A stretch of DNA of 64,000 nt from Candidatus Yanofskybacteria bacterium RIFCSPHIGHO2_01_FULL_44_24 (GTDB lineage Bacteria; Patescibacteriota; Minisyncoccia; 2-02-FULL-40-12; GWA2-44-9), in contig MGJK01000012.1 of the NCBI GenBank assembly GCA_001794215.1, positions 80,818 to 144,817 of the forward strand, in the 5' to 3' direction. The translations under genes were made by a program, and so were the position numbers. Below the pieces are notes generated by a model. It was not told the origin of the DNA. It ran no database searches and worked only from the letters and a program-made list of their open reading frames with translations. Positions 9,451-19,120 of the stretch are shown piece by piece (within the stretch, counting starts at the first letter, position 1; each line of letters opens with the position of its first letter).

Positions 9451-9843
9451 ATGAATAACAAATTGTTGGAATGGGTTTTGAGAATTTCCATTGCCGGTGA
9501 ATTCATCGGCCATGGCGTTTTTGCCATTCAGGGCAAAAAGGACTGGATAGGTTGGTTTGCCAAGTTTGGAGTGGGGGATCCGGAGATGGCAAAAAATTTG
9601 CTTTTCTGGATCGGTATCACGGATTTAGCAGTTGCTTTATTGGTATTAGTTCGTCCGATCAGAGTTGCACTTTTGTGGGCCTTGGTCTGGGGATTCTGGA
9701 CGGCATTGTTGAGACCGCTTGTCGGAATGCCGATTTGGGATTTTATCGAAAGGTGGGCTAATTGGGGAGCGCCCTTAGCGCTGCTACTTTACTACGGCTG
9801 GCCGAGGAGCTTGAAGAGCTGGTTCAAGGTTCGTGGCGAGTAG
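9451..9843 (+). CDS. DoxX-like membrane protein
   Basis: LRISIAGEFIGHG start and four TM segments. Confidence 0.65.
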   Translation: MNNKLLEWVLRISIAGEFIGHGVFAIQGKKDWIGWFAKFGVGDPEMAKNLLFWIGITDLAVALLVLVRPIRVALLWALVWGFWTALLRPLVGMPIWDFIERWANWGAPLALLLYYGWPRSLKSWFKVRGE

Positions 9844-9850
9844 GTAAATT

Positions 9851-10354
9851 TTGTCTCGCAAAGCTATGAGAGTATCATATTTCAGAAACTTTATATTCGG
9901 GGTAGAGGATGGTTTAGTTTCGACGGTTGGTCTTTTGTCGGGCATAGCAATTGCTGATGTCCCAAGCGGTACGATACTTTTGACCGGCATAGTCTTAGTA
10001 TTTGTGGAAGCTTTTTCAATGGCGGCCGGAAGCTTTTTATCTGAATATTCAGCCGAGGGATATGCGGAGAAGGTGGAGGAGCCCACAAAAAGGGATTTTG
10101 TCGCCGGGACGGTAATGTTTTTTTCCTATTTCATTTCGGGATTCATTCCTCTTTCGCCCTACATGATTATGTCTACAAATGACGCTCTCGGGCTTTCCGT
10201 AGTTTTATCGGTAGCGACTCTGTTCATTCTTGGCGTGGTCGGCGCCAAGATGTCTGGAACCGGTATAATGAGAAACGGTTTCAGGATGGCATTTGTCGGC
10301 GGTATAGCAATAACGGTTGGTATGATTGCGGGTAAATTCATTTCTAATTTATAA
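9851..10354 (+). CDS. VIT1/CCC1 family metal transporter
   Basis: IFGVEDGLVS and AFSMAAGSFLSE motifs. Confidence 0.9.
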   Translation: MSRKAMRVSYFRNFIFGVEDGLVSTVGLLSGIAIADVPSGTILLTGIVLVFVEAFSMAAGSFLSEYSAEGYAEKVEEPTKRDFVAGTVMFFSYFISGFIPLSPYMIMSTNDALGLSVVLSVATLFILGVVGAKMSGTGIMRNGFRMAFVGGIAITVGMIAGKFISNL

Positions 10355-10357
10355 ATT

Positions 10358-11119
10358 ATGTTCGAACTTAAAGAGAAGGTCGCGGTAGTGACCGGTGGTC
10401 GAAGAGGTATGGGCAGGGCTCATGCCGTGGCTTTGGCCGCTCAAGGCGCTCATGTAGTCGTAACTGATGTCGATTCATCAGCGTGTCAGCCGGTAGTCGA
10501 TGAGATACGGCTGTCCGGAAGCAGGGCATCCTGTTTCAAGATGGATGTGTCTGATAAGCGCGAAGTCGATCGGGTCTTTGACGAGGTAATTAAGGAATAC
10601 GGGAAGATAGATATACTTGTAAATAATGCCGGAATTTTTGCCTCTAAGCCGGCGCTGGATATCAGCGAAGATGAGTGGGAGAAAATGATTCATATCAATT
10701 TGCGGGGCCAGTTTTTGTGCGCCCAAAGAGCCGCGAAAGAAATGGCGAAAAATAAGTGGGGGAGGATAATTAATATTTCTTCGATTGCCTCCGGCGGGGT
10801 TGGTGTCGGTTTTGCCGGCGCGGCTCATTACACTGCTTCCAAGGGGGGCATAATCGGCATGACCGAGACTCTGGCGGTGGAGCTGGCTTCATTGGGAATT
10901 AATGTCAATGCAATTGCTCCTGGAGCGATTGATACTCCGATGATCGATGCCGCTAAAATACCAAAGGAAGCGCTCGATGCCATGCTTCAGTCCATCCCTC
11001 TAAGAAGGATCGGCCGGCCCGAAGAGGTTTCAGCGGCGGTTATTTTCTTGGCATCGGAGGAAGTTAGCTATATTACTGGTGCTACTTTGTATGTTGACGG
11101 AGGCTGGTTAGCGGCTTAA
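10358..11119 (+). CDS. Short-chain dehydrogenase/reductase (FabG-like)
   Basis: TGGRRGMG, NNAG, YTASK, ITGATLYVDGG. Confidence 0.95.
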   Translation: MFELKEKVAVVTGGRRGMGRAHAVALAAQGAHVVVTDVDSSACQPVVDEIRLSGSRASCFKMDVSDKREVDRVFDEVIKEYGKIDILVNNAGIFASKPALDISEDEWEKMIHINLRGQFLCAQRAAKEMAKNKWGRIINISSIASGGVGVGFAGAAHYTASKGGIIGMTETLAVELASLGINVNAIAPGAIDTPMIDAAKIPKEALDAMLQSIPLRRIGRPEEVSAAVIFLASEEVSYITGATLYVDGGWLAA

Positions 11120-11142
11120 TCTGTGCTTAAATAAACAAACTT

Positions 11143-11598
11143 ATGACAAAATATCAAAAAATTTCGATGTTCTTTCTACGGTTATCTATCGGTTGGCTGA
11201 TGTTTTATGCTGGTATAACTAAGGTCATCAATCCCGATTGGTCGGCGGCCGGATATTTGAAGGGAGCCAAGATGCTCACGGGATTTTACGGATGGCTTAT
11301 CAGTCCCGGAATTCTTCCCGGTTTGAATTTTGTAAACGAATGGGGACTGACCTTGCTTGGTGTATCCCTGATTTTAGGAGTCGGAGTGCGTTTAAGTTCG
11401 GTTTTGGGCGCAATCCTGATGTTACTTTATTACTTGCCCCTTGGACTTCCTTATCCTAATCCCCATTCACTTATAGTCGACGAGCATATCATTTACATGT
11501 TTGTTTTACTCATGTTTGCTACCTATCGTGTCGGGCGAGTCTGGGGATTGGATAGTAAACTCTCGAATTATTCAAGCTTTTTTGCTAAGCTTGGATAG
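11143..11598 (+). CDS. DoxX/DoxD (TQO small subunit-like) membrane protein
   Basis: LRLSIGWLMFYAGITK, GRVWGLD. Confidence 0.85.
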   Translation: MTKYQKISMFFLRLSIGWLMFYAGITKVINPDWSAAGYLKGAKMLTGFYGWLISPGILPGLNFVNEWGLTLLGVSLILGVGVRLSSVLGAILMLLYYLPLGLPYPNPHSLIVDEHIIYMFVLLMFATYRVGRVWGLDSKLSNYSSFFAKLG

Positions 11599-12056
11599 TG
11601 AAAAAGAAAGTTTTAACACTCTGTCTGATTCATCAACATCCCAATCTTTTGCTTGGAATGAAGAAGAGGGGTTTTGGGGTGGGAAAATGGAATGGATTCG
11701 GGGGCAAAGTTGAGCCTGGCGAGGAGATAGAGGATGCCGTTTATAGGGAGGTCTGGGAAGAAGCCGGAGTGAAGATTGCCGGAGCCGAAAAGGTCGGTCA
11801 TATTAATTTTAAATTCGCAGGAGAGCCCGAAGCGCTTGAGGTACATATTTTTAAAGCCGGCAGTTTCAGCGGAGAGCCTCGGGAGAGCGACGAGATGAAG
11901 CCTCAGTGGTTTCATATTGACGAAATACCCCTTGATCAAATGTGGTCGGATGACAAGATTTGGCTGCCGTTATTTTTGGCCGGTAAAAAATTCAAAGGCG
12001 AGTTTTTCTTTGAAGGACATGATAAAATTTTAGAACATAAATTGGAGTTGATTTAG
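11598..12056 (+). CDS. NUDIX hydrolase, 8-oxo-dGTPase (MTH1-like)
   Basis: KKRGFGVGKWNGFGGKVE..REVWEEAG, ESDEMKPQWF, MWSDD. Confidence 0.92.
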   Translation: MKKKVLTLCLIHQHPNLLLGMKKRGFGVGKWNGFGGKVEPGEEIEDAVYREVWEEAGVKIAGAEKVGHINFKFAGEPEALEVHIFKAGSFSGEPRESDEMKPQWFHIDEIPLDQMWSDDKIWLPLFLAGKKFKGEFFFEGHDKILEHKLELI

Positions 12057-13078
12057 TGAATAAGAATAAAAAGAAAATTGTTGTTGCTATATCCGGTGGG
12101 ATGGACCCTATTCATATCGGGCATATTAGGCTTATTCAGGAAGCGAGAAGGCTTGGCGATAAATTAGTGGTGATTTTAAATAACGATAATTGGCTTAAAA
12201 AAAAGAAAAGACATATTTTCATGCACCAGAAAGAGAGAAAAGAAGTCCTTGAGTCAATCGAGGGGGTCGATCAGGTCGTCTTGACCAGTCATCCCCGGAA
12301 CCCTAAGGATATGAGCGTGTCTCGGGAGCTACTGAAGATCAAACCGGATATTTTTGCCAATGGCGGAGACAGAAAGGGCGAGAACGATATACCGGAGGTC
12401 GGAGTATGCAACAGGATCGGCTGTACGATGGCTTTCAATGTTGGTCGGGGCGGGAAGATCCAGTCCAGTTCCTGGCTCTTAAGCAGGTACGTGAGCAAGC
12501 TTAAGCCGGTACGCAGGCTCAAGGTTAAAAAGATTCTTGAGGAACTGAAGATAGCTCTCGGTAAATCCAATGTAAAATTGTCATTAGTCCTGAAACTCAA
12601 AGCCGCCAAGATCATGCTTAAGCTTATGAATAAGAAAACTGGATTCGGCCTTTTTGTTATTTTGGGGTGGCAGAATAAGTGGCGAAGCCATACCGATTTG
12701 CCCGACTCGGTCCAGGATATTTACGTAGAACATCCGCATAATATTTTAAAAGCATATCGGACGGGCAAATATAATATAGAAACTACCATCAATTTTGACG
12801 GCGCTATTCTGATAGATGCAAGGGGGAATATCATTCATTCAGGGATAATCATCGAAGGTTTAAAGCCTCGGTCAGCGGCTGATAAAATAAATCCGGGAAA
12901 GTTCAAGGACTTATCTGAGCAGTTCGGTTTCAGAAAAAAGGTGCATTCACGCCACCTCTCGGCCATTACGGCCTCATATATTTTTAAAGGTACGACCGTT
13001 ATGACCGTTTCCGAAGAAACAAACTCTTTTCATGTATTTGAAAACGGGCGCATAGCGTATAGAATGTATGATGAATAA
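12056..13078 (+). CDS. Fusion of a cytidylyl/adenylyltransferase (HIGH family) and a DAC/DisA_N diadenylate-cyclase-like domain
   Basis: N-terminal GGMDPIHIGH, ERKEVL, GGDR, QSSS; C-terminal FDGAILID, SRHLSA, TVSEET. Confidence 0.8.
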   Translation: MNKNKKKIVVAISGGMDPIHIGHIRLIQEARRLGDKLVVILNNDNWLKKKKRHIFMHQKERKEVLESIEGVDQVVLTSHPRNPKDMSVSRELLKIKPDIFANGGDRKGENDIPEVGVCNRIGCTMAFNVGRGGKIQSSSWLLSRYVSKLKPVRRLKVKKILEELKIALGKSNVKLSLVLKLKAAKIMLKLMNKKTGFGLFVILGWQNKWRSHTDLPDSVQDIYVEHPHNILKAYRTGKYNIETTINFDGAILIDARGNIIHSGIIIEGLKPRSAADKINPGKFKDLSEQFGFRKKVHSRHLSAITASYIFKGTTVMTVSEETNSFHVFENGRIAYRMYDE

Positions 13079-13505
13079 ATCAACGGAACAGAACCAGCAA
13101 CCTAAGGTCGGCATCGGGGTAATGATATTCAAGGATGGCAAGGTGCTGTTGGGCAAAAGAAAAGGATCGCACGGAGCGGGGGAGTATTCTTTTCCCGGAG
13201 GGCATCTTGATTACATGGAATTTTTCGCCGAATGTGCAAGGCGGGAAACATTAGAGGAATGCGGGATAGAAATTCAAAATATCCGCTTTCAGTTTTTAGC
13301 GAATGAAAAACTTTATGCTCCCAAGCACTATACCCACATCGGCCTTACTGCCGATTGGAAAAGCGGCGAGCCGAAAGTCCTTGAGCCTAATAAGTGTGAA
13401 TCCTGGAGCTGGTATGAGGTAGAAAAACTGCCGAGCCCCCTTTTTGATACTTGCCGTTTGGCCATCGACAGTTATTTAAATAATAAAAATTATTACGATG
13501 AATAG
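13068..13505 (+). CDS. NUDIX hydrolase (NUDT15-like)
   Basis: VLLGKRKGSHGAGEYSFPGGHL...RETLEECG, EPNKCESW. Confidence 0.92.
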   Translation: MMNKSTEQNQQPKVGIGVMIFKDGKVLLGKRKGSHGAGEYSFPGGHLDYMEFFAECARRETLEECGIEIQNIRFQFLANEKLYAPKHYTHIGLTADWKSGEPKVLEPNKCESWSWYEVEKLPSPLFDTCRLAIDSYLNNKNYYDE

Positions 13506-14469
13506 CCTATCTGAGGCCAAGAAAATAAAAATTGTTTGTTTTGGCGGAGGAACCGGGATGCCTTCGCTTCTTTCCGGCTTAAAACATAATCCATGGCTGG
13601 ATATTGCGGCGGTCGTAAATATGTTTGATACCGGCGGGAGTTCGGGGGAGTTAAGGGATCGATTCGGCATTCTTCCTCCCGGTGATATCCTGAAATGCCT
13701 TTTAGCTTTATCTGAGGACGATGCCGTCGCCCGGAAAATTCTGCTTAAACGGATCAGTCACAATTCTTATCCCGGCCACACCGGAGGCAATCTTCTTTTG
13801 CTTGGCTTAGAGAAGGTCTACGCCAACTATCAGGAGGCGGTGGACTCATTAGCCCAGATTCTTTCGGTGAAGGGCCGCGTGCTACCGGTTACATTGGCTG
13901 ATGCGACTTTGTGTGGAAAATTCAAGGACAAGACCGTCTATAAAGGCGAAACAAGTATTGATGTCGGGATATTCGAAGGCAGAGAGGTCGACGAGTTATT
14001 CTTAGAGCCTGCGGTGAAGGCATCGTCTCAGGCGTTGAAAGCAATACGCGACGCCGATGTTATGTGTATCGGGCCGGGCAGTTTCTATACCAGCGTCCTG
14101 CCGAATTTTCTTCCGGTCGGAATAAAAGAAGCCATCAAAAAATCTAAAGCGCCTATCATATTTACCTCTAATCTTTTGACCGAAGGCATGGGGATGCGCG
14201 GGTTTACATTGGACAAAATAGTCAAAGTCTTAGAACGGTATACGGGCCGGAGAATTAATGCGGCGATTGCAAACAAGAAATTGCCCAGCCGGGATGTGTT
14301 GGATAAATACGCCCAGGAAAGAAAGCATCCCATCGTCATTAAAAATAAAATTAAGGGTACGAAGCTTATTAGAGCCGACCTCTGGATTGATACGGCCATT
14401 GCCCGCCATGATTCTATGCGTTTGTCGAATCTGATATTCGGAACAATTCACCGGCTTCTCAAAAAATAA
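13498..14469 (+). CDS. YvcK/GlmR (UPF0052, CofD-related) family protein
   Basis: GGGTG, DTGGSSGELR, PPGDI, GPGSFYTSVLPN, RHD. Confidence 0.93.
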   Translation: MNSLSEAKKIKIVCFGGGTGMPSLLSGLKHNPWLDIAAVVNMFDTGGSSGELRDRFGILPPGDILKCLLALSEDDAVARKILLKRISHNSYPGHTGGNLLLLGLEKVYANYQEAVDSLAQILSVKGRVLPVTLADATLCGKFKDKTVYKGETSIDVGIFEGREVDELFLEPAVKASSQALKAIRDADVMCIGPGSFYTSVLPNFLPVGIKEAIKKSKAPIIFTSNLLTEGMGMRGFTLDKIVKVLERYTGRRINAAIANKKLPSRDVLDKYAQERKHPIVIKNKIKGTKLIRADLWIDTAIARHDSMRLSNLIFGTIHRLLKK

Positions 14470-14494
14470 ACCGTATATTATAATAGTTAACAAT

Positions 14495-15136
14495 ATGGAT
14501 TCAGAAAATAACCAAAACCAACTCGACGCGGCAAAAGAAGCTTTTTCCCGCAGAGAACAGAAAAATAGGGAAGCCGCCGCCAGAAGGAGAAAGAAGACTT
14601 TGAAGAAAGCGGTTGTTTGGGCTGTTTTAATCTTAGCTATATTTCTGGTCGTCTTTATTTCTTCTAAGAATGAAACTACTCAAGAACCGACTAATTCCGC
14701 AGAGCAGTTTTTCGCGGCTCAAAATCGGGACCATATCAAGGTCGGGGAGTCTCATCCGGCATATAACTCCGATCCACCGACGGGCGGATGGCACTACGAT
14801 CAGCCGGTCCAGTCGGGGATATATGATAAGGAATTTCCAGACGAACAGCTTATACATAACTTAGAGCATGGACACGTTTGGATTTCCTATCGGGCAGATT
14901 TGGATCAGGAAAGCATAGAGAAGCTTGCCGATATTGCGAAGGATTTCGGATCCAAAATCGTTATGACCCTAAGATCAAAGAACGATACCAAAATAGCATT
15001 AGCATCATGGGAATATCTTCTCAAAATGGATACGGTAGACGAGGCCGCGACAAATGAATTCATCAAAGATCACCGCGGGCGCGGCCCGGAGAATATAGTG
15101 GATTTCGGATTTAAGGATTTCCGAACCACGAAGTAA
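14495..15136 (+). CDS. DUF3105-like membrane-anchored protein
   Basis: YNSDPPTGGWH and IHNLEHG motifs. Confidence 0.85.
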   Translation: MDSENNQNQLDAAKEAFSRREQKNREAAARRRKKTLKKAVVWAVLILAIFLVVFISSKNETTQEPTNSAEQFFAAQNRDHIKVGESHPAYNSDPPTGGWHYDQPVQSGIYDKEFPDEQLIHNLEHGHVWISYRADLDQESIEKLADIAKDFGSKIVMTLRSKNDTKIALASWEYLLKMDTVDEAATNEFIKDHRGRGPENIVDFGFKDFRTTK

Positions 15137-15232
15137 TCGAGCTATCTCGGTGAACCTGTCAGACGCACCGTTTGACTAACGGTGCTTTTTGTAGTACCTT
15201 CTGGCCGAGAACCTTTACATTCGGGGTGGACA

Positions 15233-16501
15233 ATGAAGAAGGTCAGTGTCGGTATCCTGAAGAACGGAATGCGTTTCTATACTCAGGGCGACCCCAGCTC
15301 AAACGTTTCGGGTATCGGCGTTAAGTGCGGTTCTATGCATGATCCGCCTGGCTGTGTCGGGCTTGCTCATCTTGTGGAACATATGCTCTGCAGAGAATCC
15401 AGGGATTTTCCGGGACTGTCAGTGGACTTAATGATGGAGAAATATATGGGCGGGCCCGATGCCGATATTAACGTCAGGATCGATCGTTCGAGCACTTTTT
15501 ACGGCCACGATTCGATTCTGTACCGCCAGCATATGCTGGAGTGCTTCAATATGTATGCCAGTCTTCTCAAGGACAAGACAACCAATATGGAAGCTCTTCA
15601 GTTGGAATCCGCGGCGGTCCATCAGGAATATTATCTTTACGGCATAGATTACATCCCCAACTTGGTGGATGATCTGATTCACGAGGTGATGTACGATCGA
15701 AATCCGGCAAGAAACAGAGTTGATTGCAGGCCGGAAGATCTGTCTGCCATAAATCTTCAGCGGGTTTCTTCCTTTGTCAGGAAGTATTATGTGCCGTCAA
15801 ATATGTTCATTGTGTTGCTCGGACCGAGCTTCCATGATTCCAAAAAGATGGTTGAACGGCTGTTCGGAAGATTGCCTCAAGTTGAAAGCCCCAAGCTTGA
15901 TCTCGATTTGAGCGAAAGATTCCCAAACCTTACGCACACTCGGTCTTTGGAGATTGAAAGGCCCGGGATTCACCAATACCATCTTGGGATCGGTTTTCCG
16001 ACCGAAACATACTTGAGTAAAGACGCTGAAGCGTTAGATACCTTATCCCGGATCCTTGCTTTCAGGGTAAAACTAAAGCTGCGCGAAGGTAATCGGGATT
16101 TCAATAAGGGTGTTTATCGAGCCCTCTCCTATACTCCAAGGACTTTTGCTCACGGCCTGATCTATGTGTCTGTCGCCACGACCAGCGCCGAATTTATCAG
16201 AGAAGCTGAAGAGACGATCATCTCTGAGTGTAAGAGATTAAGGGAAGAGCCTGTGAGCAGTGAAGAGCTCGAGGCTATGACCCGAAGCCTCCTGTACTCT
16301 TATCGCAACGCCTTTATTAAGTCTCCGGGAGTCTTGTCGGAACTTATTATCGAATCAGTTTGCAACGGCGATGAGGACCTGATTCACCTCCATTCTTTCA
16401 GGGATCGTTTGAGAAAAGTCACCCGAAGGAAAATCATGGAGGTTGCCAATAAATACTTCTGCCTGCCCAATTACGGCAGAGTATTGATAAAGCCCACATA
16501 G
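15233..16501 (+). CDS. M16 (insulinase/pitrilysin) zinc peptidase
   Basis: GSMHD...GLAHLVEHM (HXXEH); YYVPSNM. Confidence 0.9.
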   Translation: MKKVSVGILKNGMRFYTQGDPSSNVSGIGVKCGSMHDPPGCVGLAHLVEHMLCRESRDFPGLSVDLMMEKYMGGPDADINVRIDRSSTFYGHDSILYRQHMLECFNMYASLLKDKTTNMEALQLESAAVHQEYYLYGIDYIPNLVDDLIHEVMYDRNPARNRVDCRPEDLSAINLQRVSSFVRKYYVPSNMFIVLLGPSFHDSKKMVERLFGRLPQVESPKLDLDLSERFPNLTHTRSLEIERPGIHQYHLGIGFPTETYLSKDAEALDTLSRILAFRVKLKLREGNRDFNKGVYRALSYTPRTFAHGLIYVSVATTSAEFIREAEETIISECKRLREEPVSSEELEAMTRSLLYSYRNAFIKSPGVLSELIIESVCNGDEDLIHLHSFRDRLRKVTRRKIMEVANKYFCLPNYGRVLIKPT

Positions 16502-16541
16502 GGCTTTTTGTTTTGGTAAATTTTATTGTACTATATAACAG

Positions 16542-17276
16542 ATGCCTAAACTCCAAAATACTCTTAAAATCTCGCGGAGCGGGTTGAAATTGTTTCTTGA
16601 ATGTCCAAGATGTTTTTGGCTTGATGTAAGACACAAGATCAAACGGCCTCCCGGATATCCTTTCACACTTTCTATAGCCGTGGACTATTTGGTCAAAAAG
16701 GAATTCGACGTTTATCGAGAAAAGGGTCAGTTGCCTCCGGTTTTGAAAAAGTTCGGTATCAAAGATGCGGTACTTTATAATGGCGAGCACCTATCCGAGT
16801 GGCGCAATAATTTTAAGGGCGTTGCTTATTGGAACGAAGAACTGAACGCCATACTATACGGAGCGGTCGATGATGTCCTGGAGTTTTCGGATGGTTCTCT
16901 GGGTGTAATTGATTACAAATCTTCCGGGGCCCGGGAAATTACTATCTACGATGATTATCAGAAGCAGATGGATGTTTATAATTATATTTTGAATCAAAAA
17001 GGTTTTCAGACTTATCCTGAGGCATTCTTCGTTTTTTATAAAGTCATTAAGGAAGGGGAGTCCGGGTTTTACAACGCTCTCAAATTTACCGAGGAAGTCA
17101 GGCCGGTTAAGGTCAATTCCGGCTGGGTCGAGTCTGTTTTCGAACAGGCCGTTGCGACGGCCCGCTCTGAAACTTCTCCCGGGCCCGGCACGGGCGGGAA
17201 AAATGGCCACTGTGATCATTGTCATTTCGTAGAGATGGCCATGACGCACAAGATTAACCCTGATTCCAATGAGTAA
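16542..17276 (+). CDS. PD-(D/E)XK (RecB/Cas4-like) nuclease
   Basis: CPRCF, GAVDD...IDYKS, QMDVY, C-terminal HCDHC. Confidence 0.88.
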   Translation: MPKLQNTLKISRSGLKLFLECPRCFWLDVRHKIKRPPGYPFTLSIAVDYLVKKEFDVYREKGQLPPVLKKFGIKDAVLYNGEHLSEWRNNFKGVAYWNEELNAILYGAVDDVLEFSDGSLGVIDYKSSGAREITIYDDYQKQMDVYNYILNQKGFQTYPEAFFVFYKVIKEGESGFYNALKFTEEVRPVKVNSGWVESVFEQAVATARSETSPGPGTGGKNGHCDHCHFVEMAMTHKINPDSNE

Positions 17277-17288
17277 TCAAAAGACCGC

Positions 17289-17744
17289 CTAAGAGGCGGT
17301 CTGGTCTTTCTTTGCGTAAAGCCGGTCTATGGTTTCTTGGCTTATGTTTGTGAGCTTAAGGCGGTTGCTGAAGTTCATGATTGGCCGAGGAGCTATTATC
17401 GAGAGGATAGCGAGGGGTATTGAGAATAAGCCGACGAGCGTACAGATCGTGAAAATTGCCATAGCGGGAGCGAAATTCAGGAAGTCGGGAGAAACCTTGC
17501 CTATCAAGCCGGTTAAAATAAAAAATCCCATCATCGGCAAATAGCAGAGAAGTAGGTACGAAAGAAAGTTCCCAAAATAATTCAGGTCTTTCCTTACCCA
17601 GTCCCAACCGGGATTGCTCGGTCCTATCCATGTCGATAGTTCTGCCGCAACCAATTTGGGCAGGCGATTAGTTACGATTTTTCTCATCATCTGAATATAA
17701 AAAATTCCGATTATCAGGTATAGAACGTTCAGAAGGAATAGCAT
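17289..17744 (-). CDS. Hypothetical membrane protein
   Basis: Three TM segments; convergent with the upstream gene at a hairpin terminator. Confidence 0.6.
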   Translation of the reverse strand: MLFLLNVLYLIIGIFYIQMMRKIVTNRLPKLVAAELSTWIGPSNPGWDWVRKDLNYFGNFLSYLLLCYLPMMGFFILTGLIGKVSPDFLNFAPAMAIFTICTLVGLFSIPLAILSIIAPRPIMNFSNRLKLTNISQETIDRLYAKKDQTAS

Positions 17745-17820
17745 CCCGAGCCCTCGTTGTTAAAGAATCAATCTACCAGACTATATCAGATCATTCATGA
17801 TTGTCCAGAGATCCGGCTTA

Positions 17821-18170
17821 CGTTAGGGAGGGCTCGATCTATAGGGCACGGCATAAATTTCTGGTGAAATTTTGCCTTTTGCTCGCCTCGGCCAGTCTGC
17901 GCAAATCCCTATAAATCAGGCCCTCCCTAACGATCAGGTAGCCAAATCAATTATTATTTTAGGGATTTACGCAAAACTACATAGCGAGCCCCCTTGTCTA
18001 TCTGAGGCATTTGAGACCCCGCCCCTTGCATGGTTCTGAAGGGGCGGGGCGAACATAGCTGAGTCCCGTCGTTGGCGGGACGGAGGCGTGCTGAAGATAG
18101 ATAGGGGGTGAGTAAAATTTATGGCATGCCTCGAATAAGCCAAGGCTGAGAGGCTTTTATGTCGTGCTCG
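17821..18170. repeat. Nested modular intergenic repeat, copy 2 (forward module followed by a reverse module)
   Basis: agggcacggcataaa...cgcaaatccct; shares gcatttgagacccc and cctcgaataagccaaggctgag with other copies. Confidence 0.88.
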
Positions 18171-18269
18171 AAAGAGACTTGCTTATCGGCTTATTAGCAT
18201 GATGTGTCTTGATTTTTCGGTACAAATTGGTTAGTATAATAACGCTTTTATCCCACAAGGAGTGAAGGC

Positions 18270-19013
18270 ATGCGAAAGTCAGTTCTTTTACTGTCGTCTT
18301 TGTTTTTTGTTTTGTCGGTTTCCACTCTTGTTTATGCTAAGGCTCGAGATTATGAGTCTATTTTCTCTGCGGGATACGGCAGCGGTAATATTCAGGCTGT
18401 TCCGAGGCAGGATCCTCCTCCTCCTCCAAGAACGCTGCCTCCTTCAGGCGGATCATCCGGCGGTTCTGATCCCGATCGGGGTTCGGCCGGTAAGCGTACG
18501 GGCGAGAATAATAGAGGCAGGGATCGTGATAATTCACCCGTAAACGGCAGAGCGATTCCACGTTCTCAGCCGCCGCGAGTTTACATTCAGCGGGACCCGA
18601 TATATTTCGGATATGGACAAAACTTGTGTTGGCCTCGGAGTTACTATGACCGCAATTATTATGGTTACGATCCAAGGTGTGATCCTTACTTTTGGCGTCA
18701 TCCCCATAGTTCACCAAGAATCCGTTACGTCTATAGTCCCGGAAACAGCAGACCGGCCGTACCCGAAGCTCCTGTGATGGGTTCGATTCGTCTGAGGGTT
18801 AATCCCAAGACTGCTTCGGTCCTTATTAACGGAGTCCTTATGGGTATCGTCGATGAGTTTGACGGACTGACCAATCATTTGAAGCTTGAGCCGGGATTAT
18901 ATCAGCTTGAAATTCGAGCCGACGGCTATAAAGTTTTCAGCAAAGAGCTGAGAGTCGTTGGCGGAAAGACCGTCACTGAGCGCGCTACTCTCCAGAAGGT
19001 TCAGAAGAAATGA
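18270..19013 (+). CDS. Secreted Pro/Arg-rich protein with a C-terminal PEGA domain
   Basis: Signal peptide; GSIRLRVNPKTASVLING...LEPGLYQLEIRADGY. Confidence 0.82.
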   Translation: MRKSVLLLSSLFFVLSVSTLVYAKARDYESIFSAGYGSGNIQAVPRQDPPPPPRTLPPSGGSSGGSDPDRGSAGKRTGENNRGRDRDNSPVNGRAIPRSQPPRVYIQRDPIYFGYGQNLCWPRSYYDRNYYGYDPRCDPYFWRHPHSSPRIRYVYSPGNSRPAVPEAPVMGSIRLRVNPKTASVLINGVLMGIVDEFDGLTNHLKLEPGLYQLEIRADGYKVFSKELRVVGGKTVTERATLQKVQKK

Positions 19014-19120
19014 TTTTTGAAAAACCGTCTTAGGGGCGGTTTTGTTTTGAGGTTTTCCATATTTTCAAAAGTATGATACTATACTGTAGCCTTTGCATCC
19101 ATAAACAAAGGAGGCAGGAA

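Noticed and set aside
16542-17276. cas4 of a CRISPR system
   Set aside because: Solitary PD-(D/E)XK nuclease with no cas context
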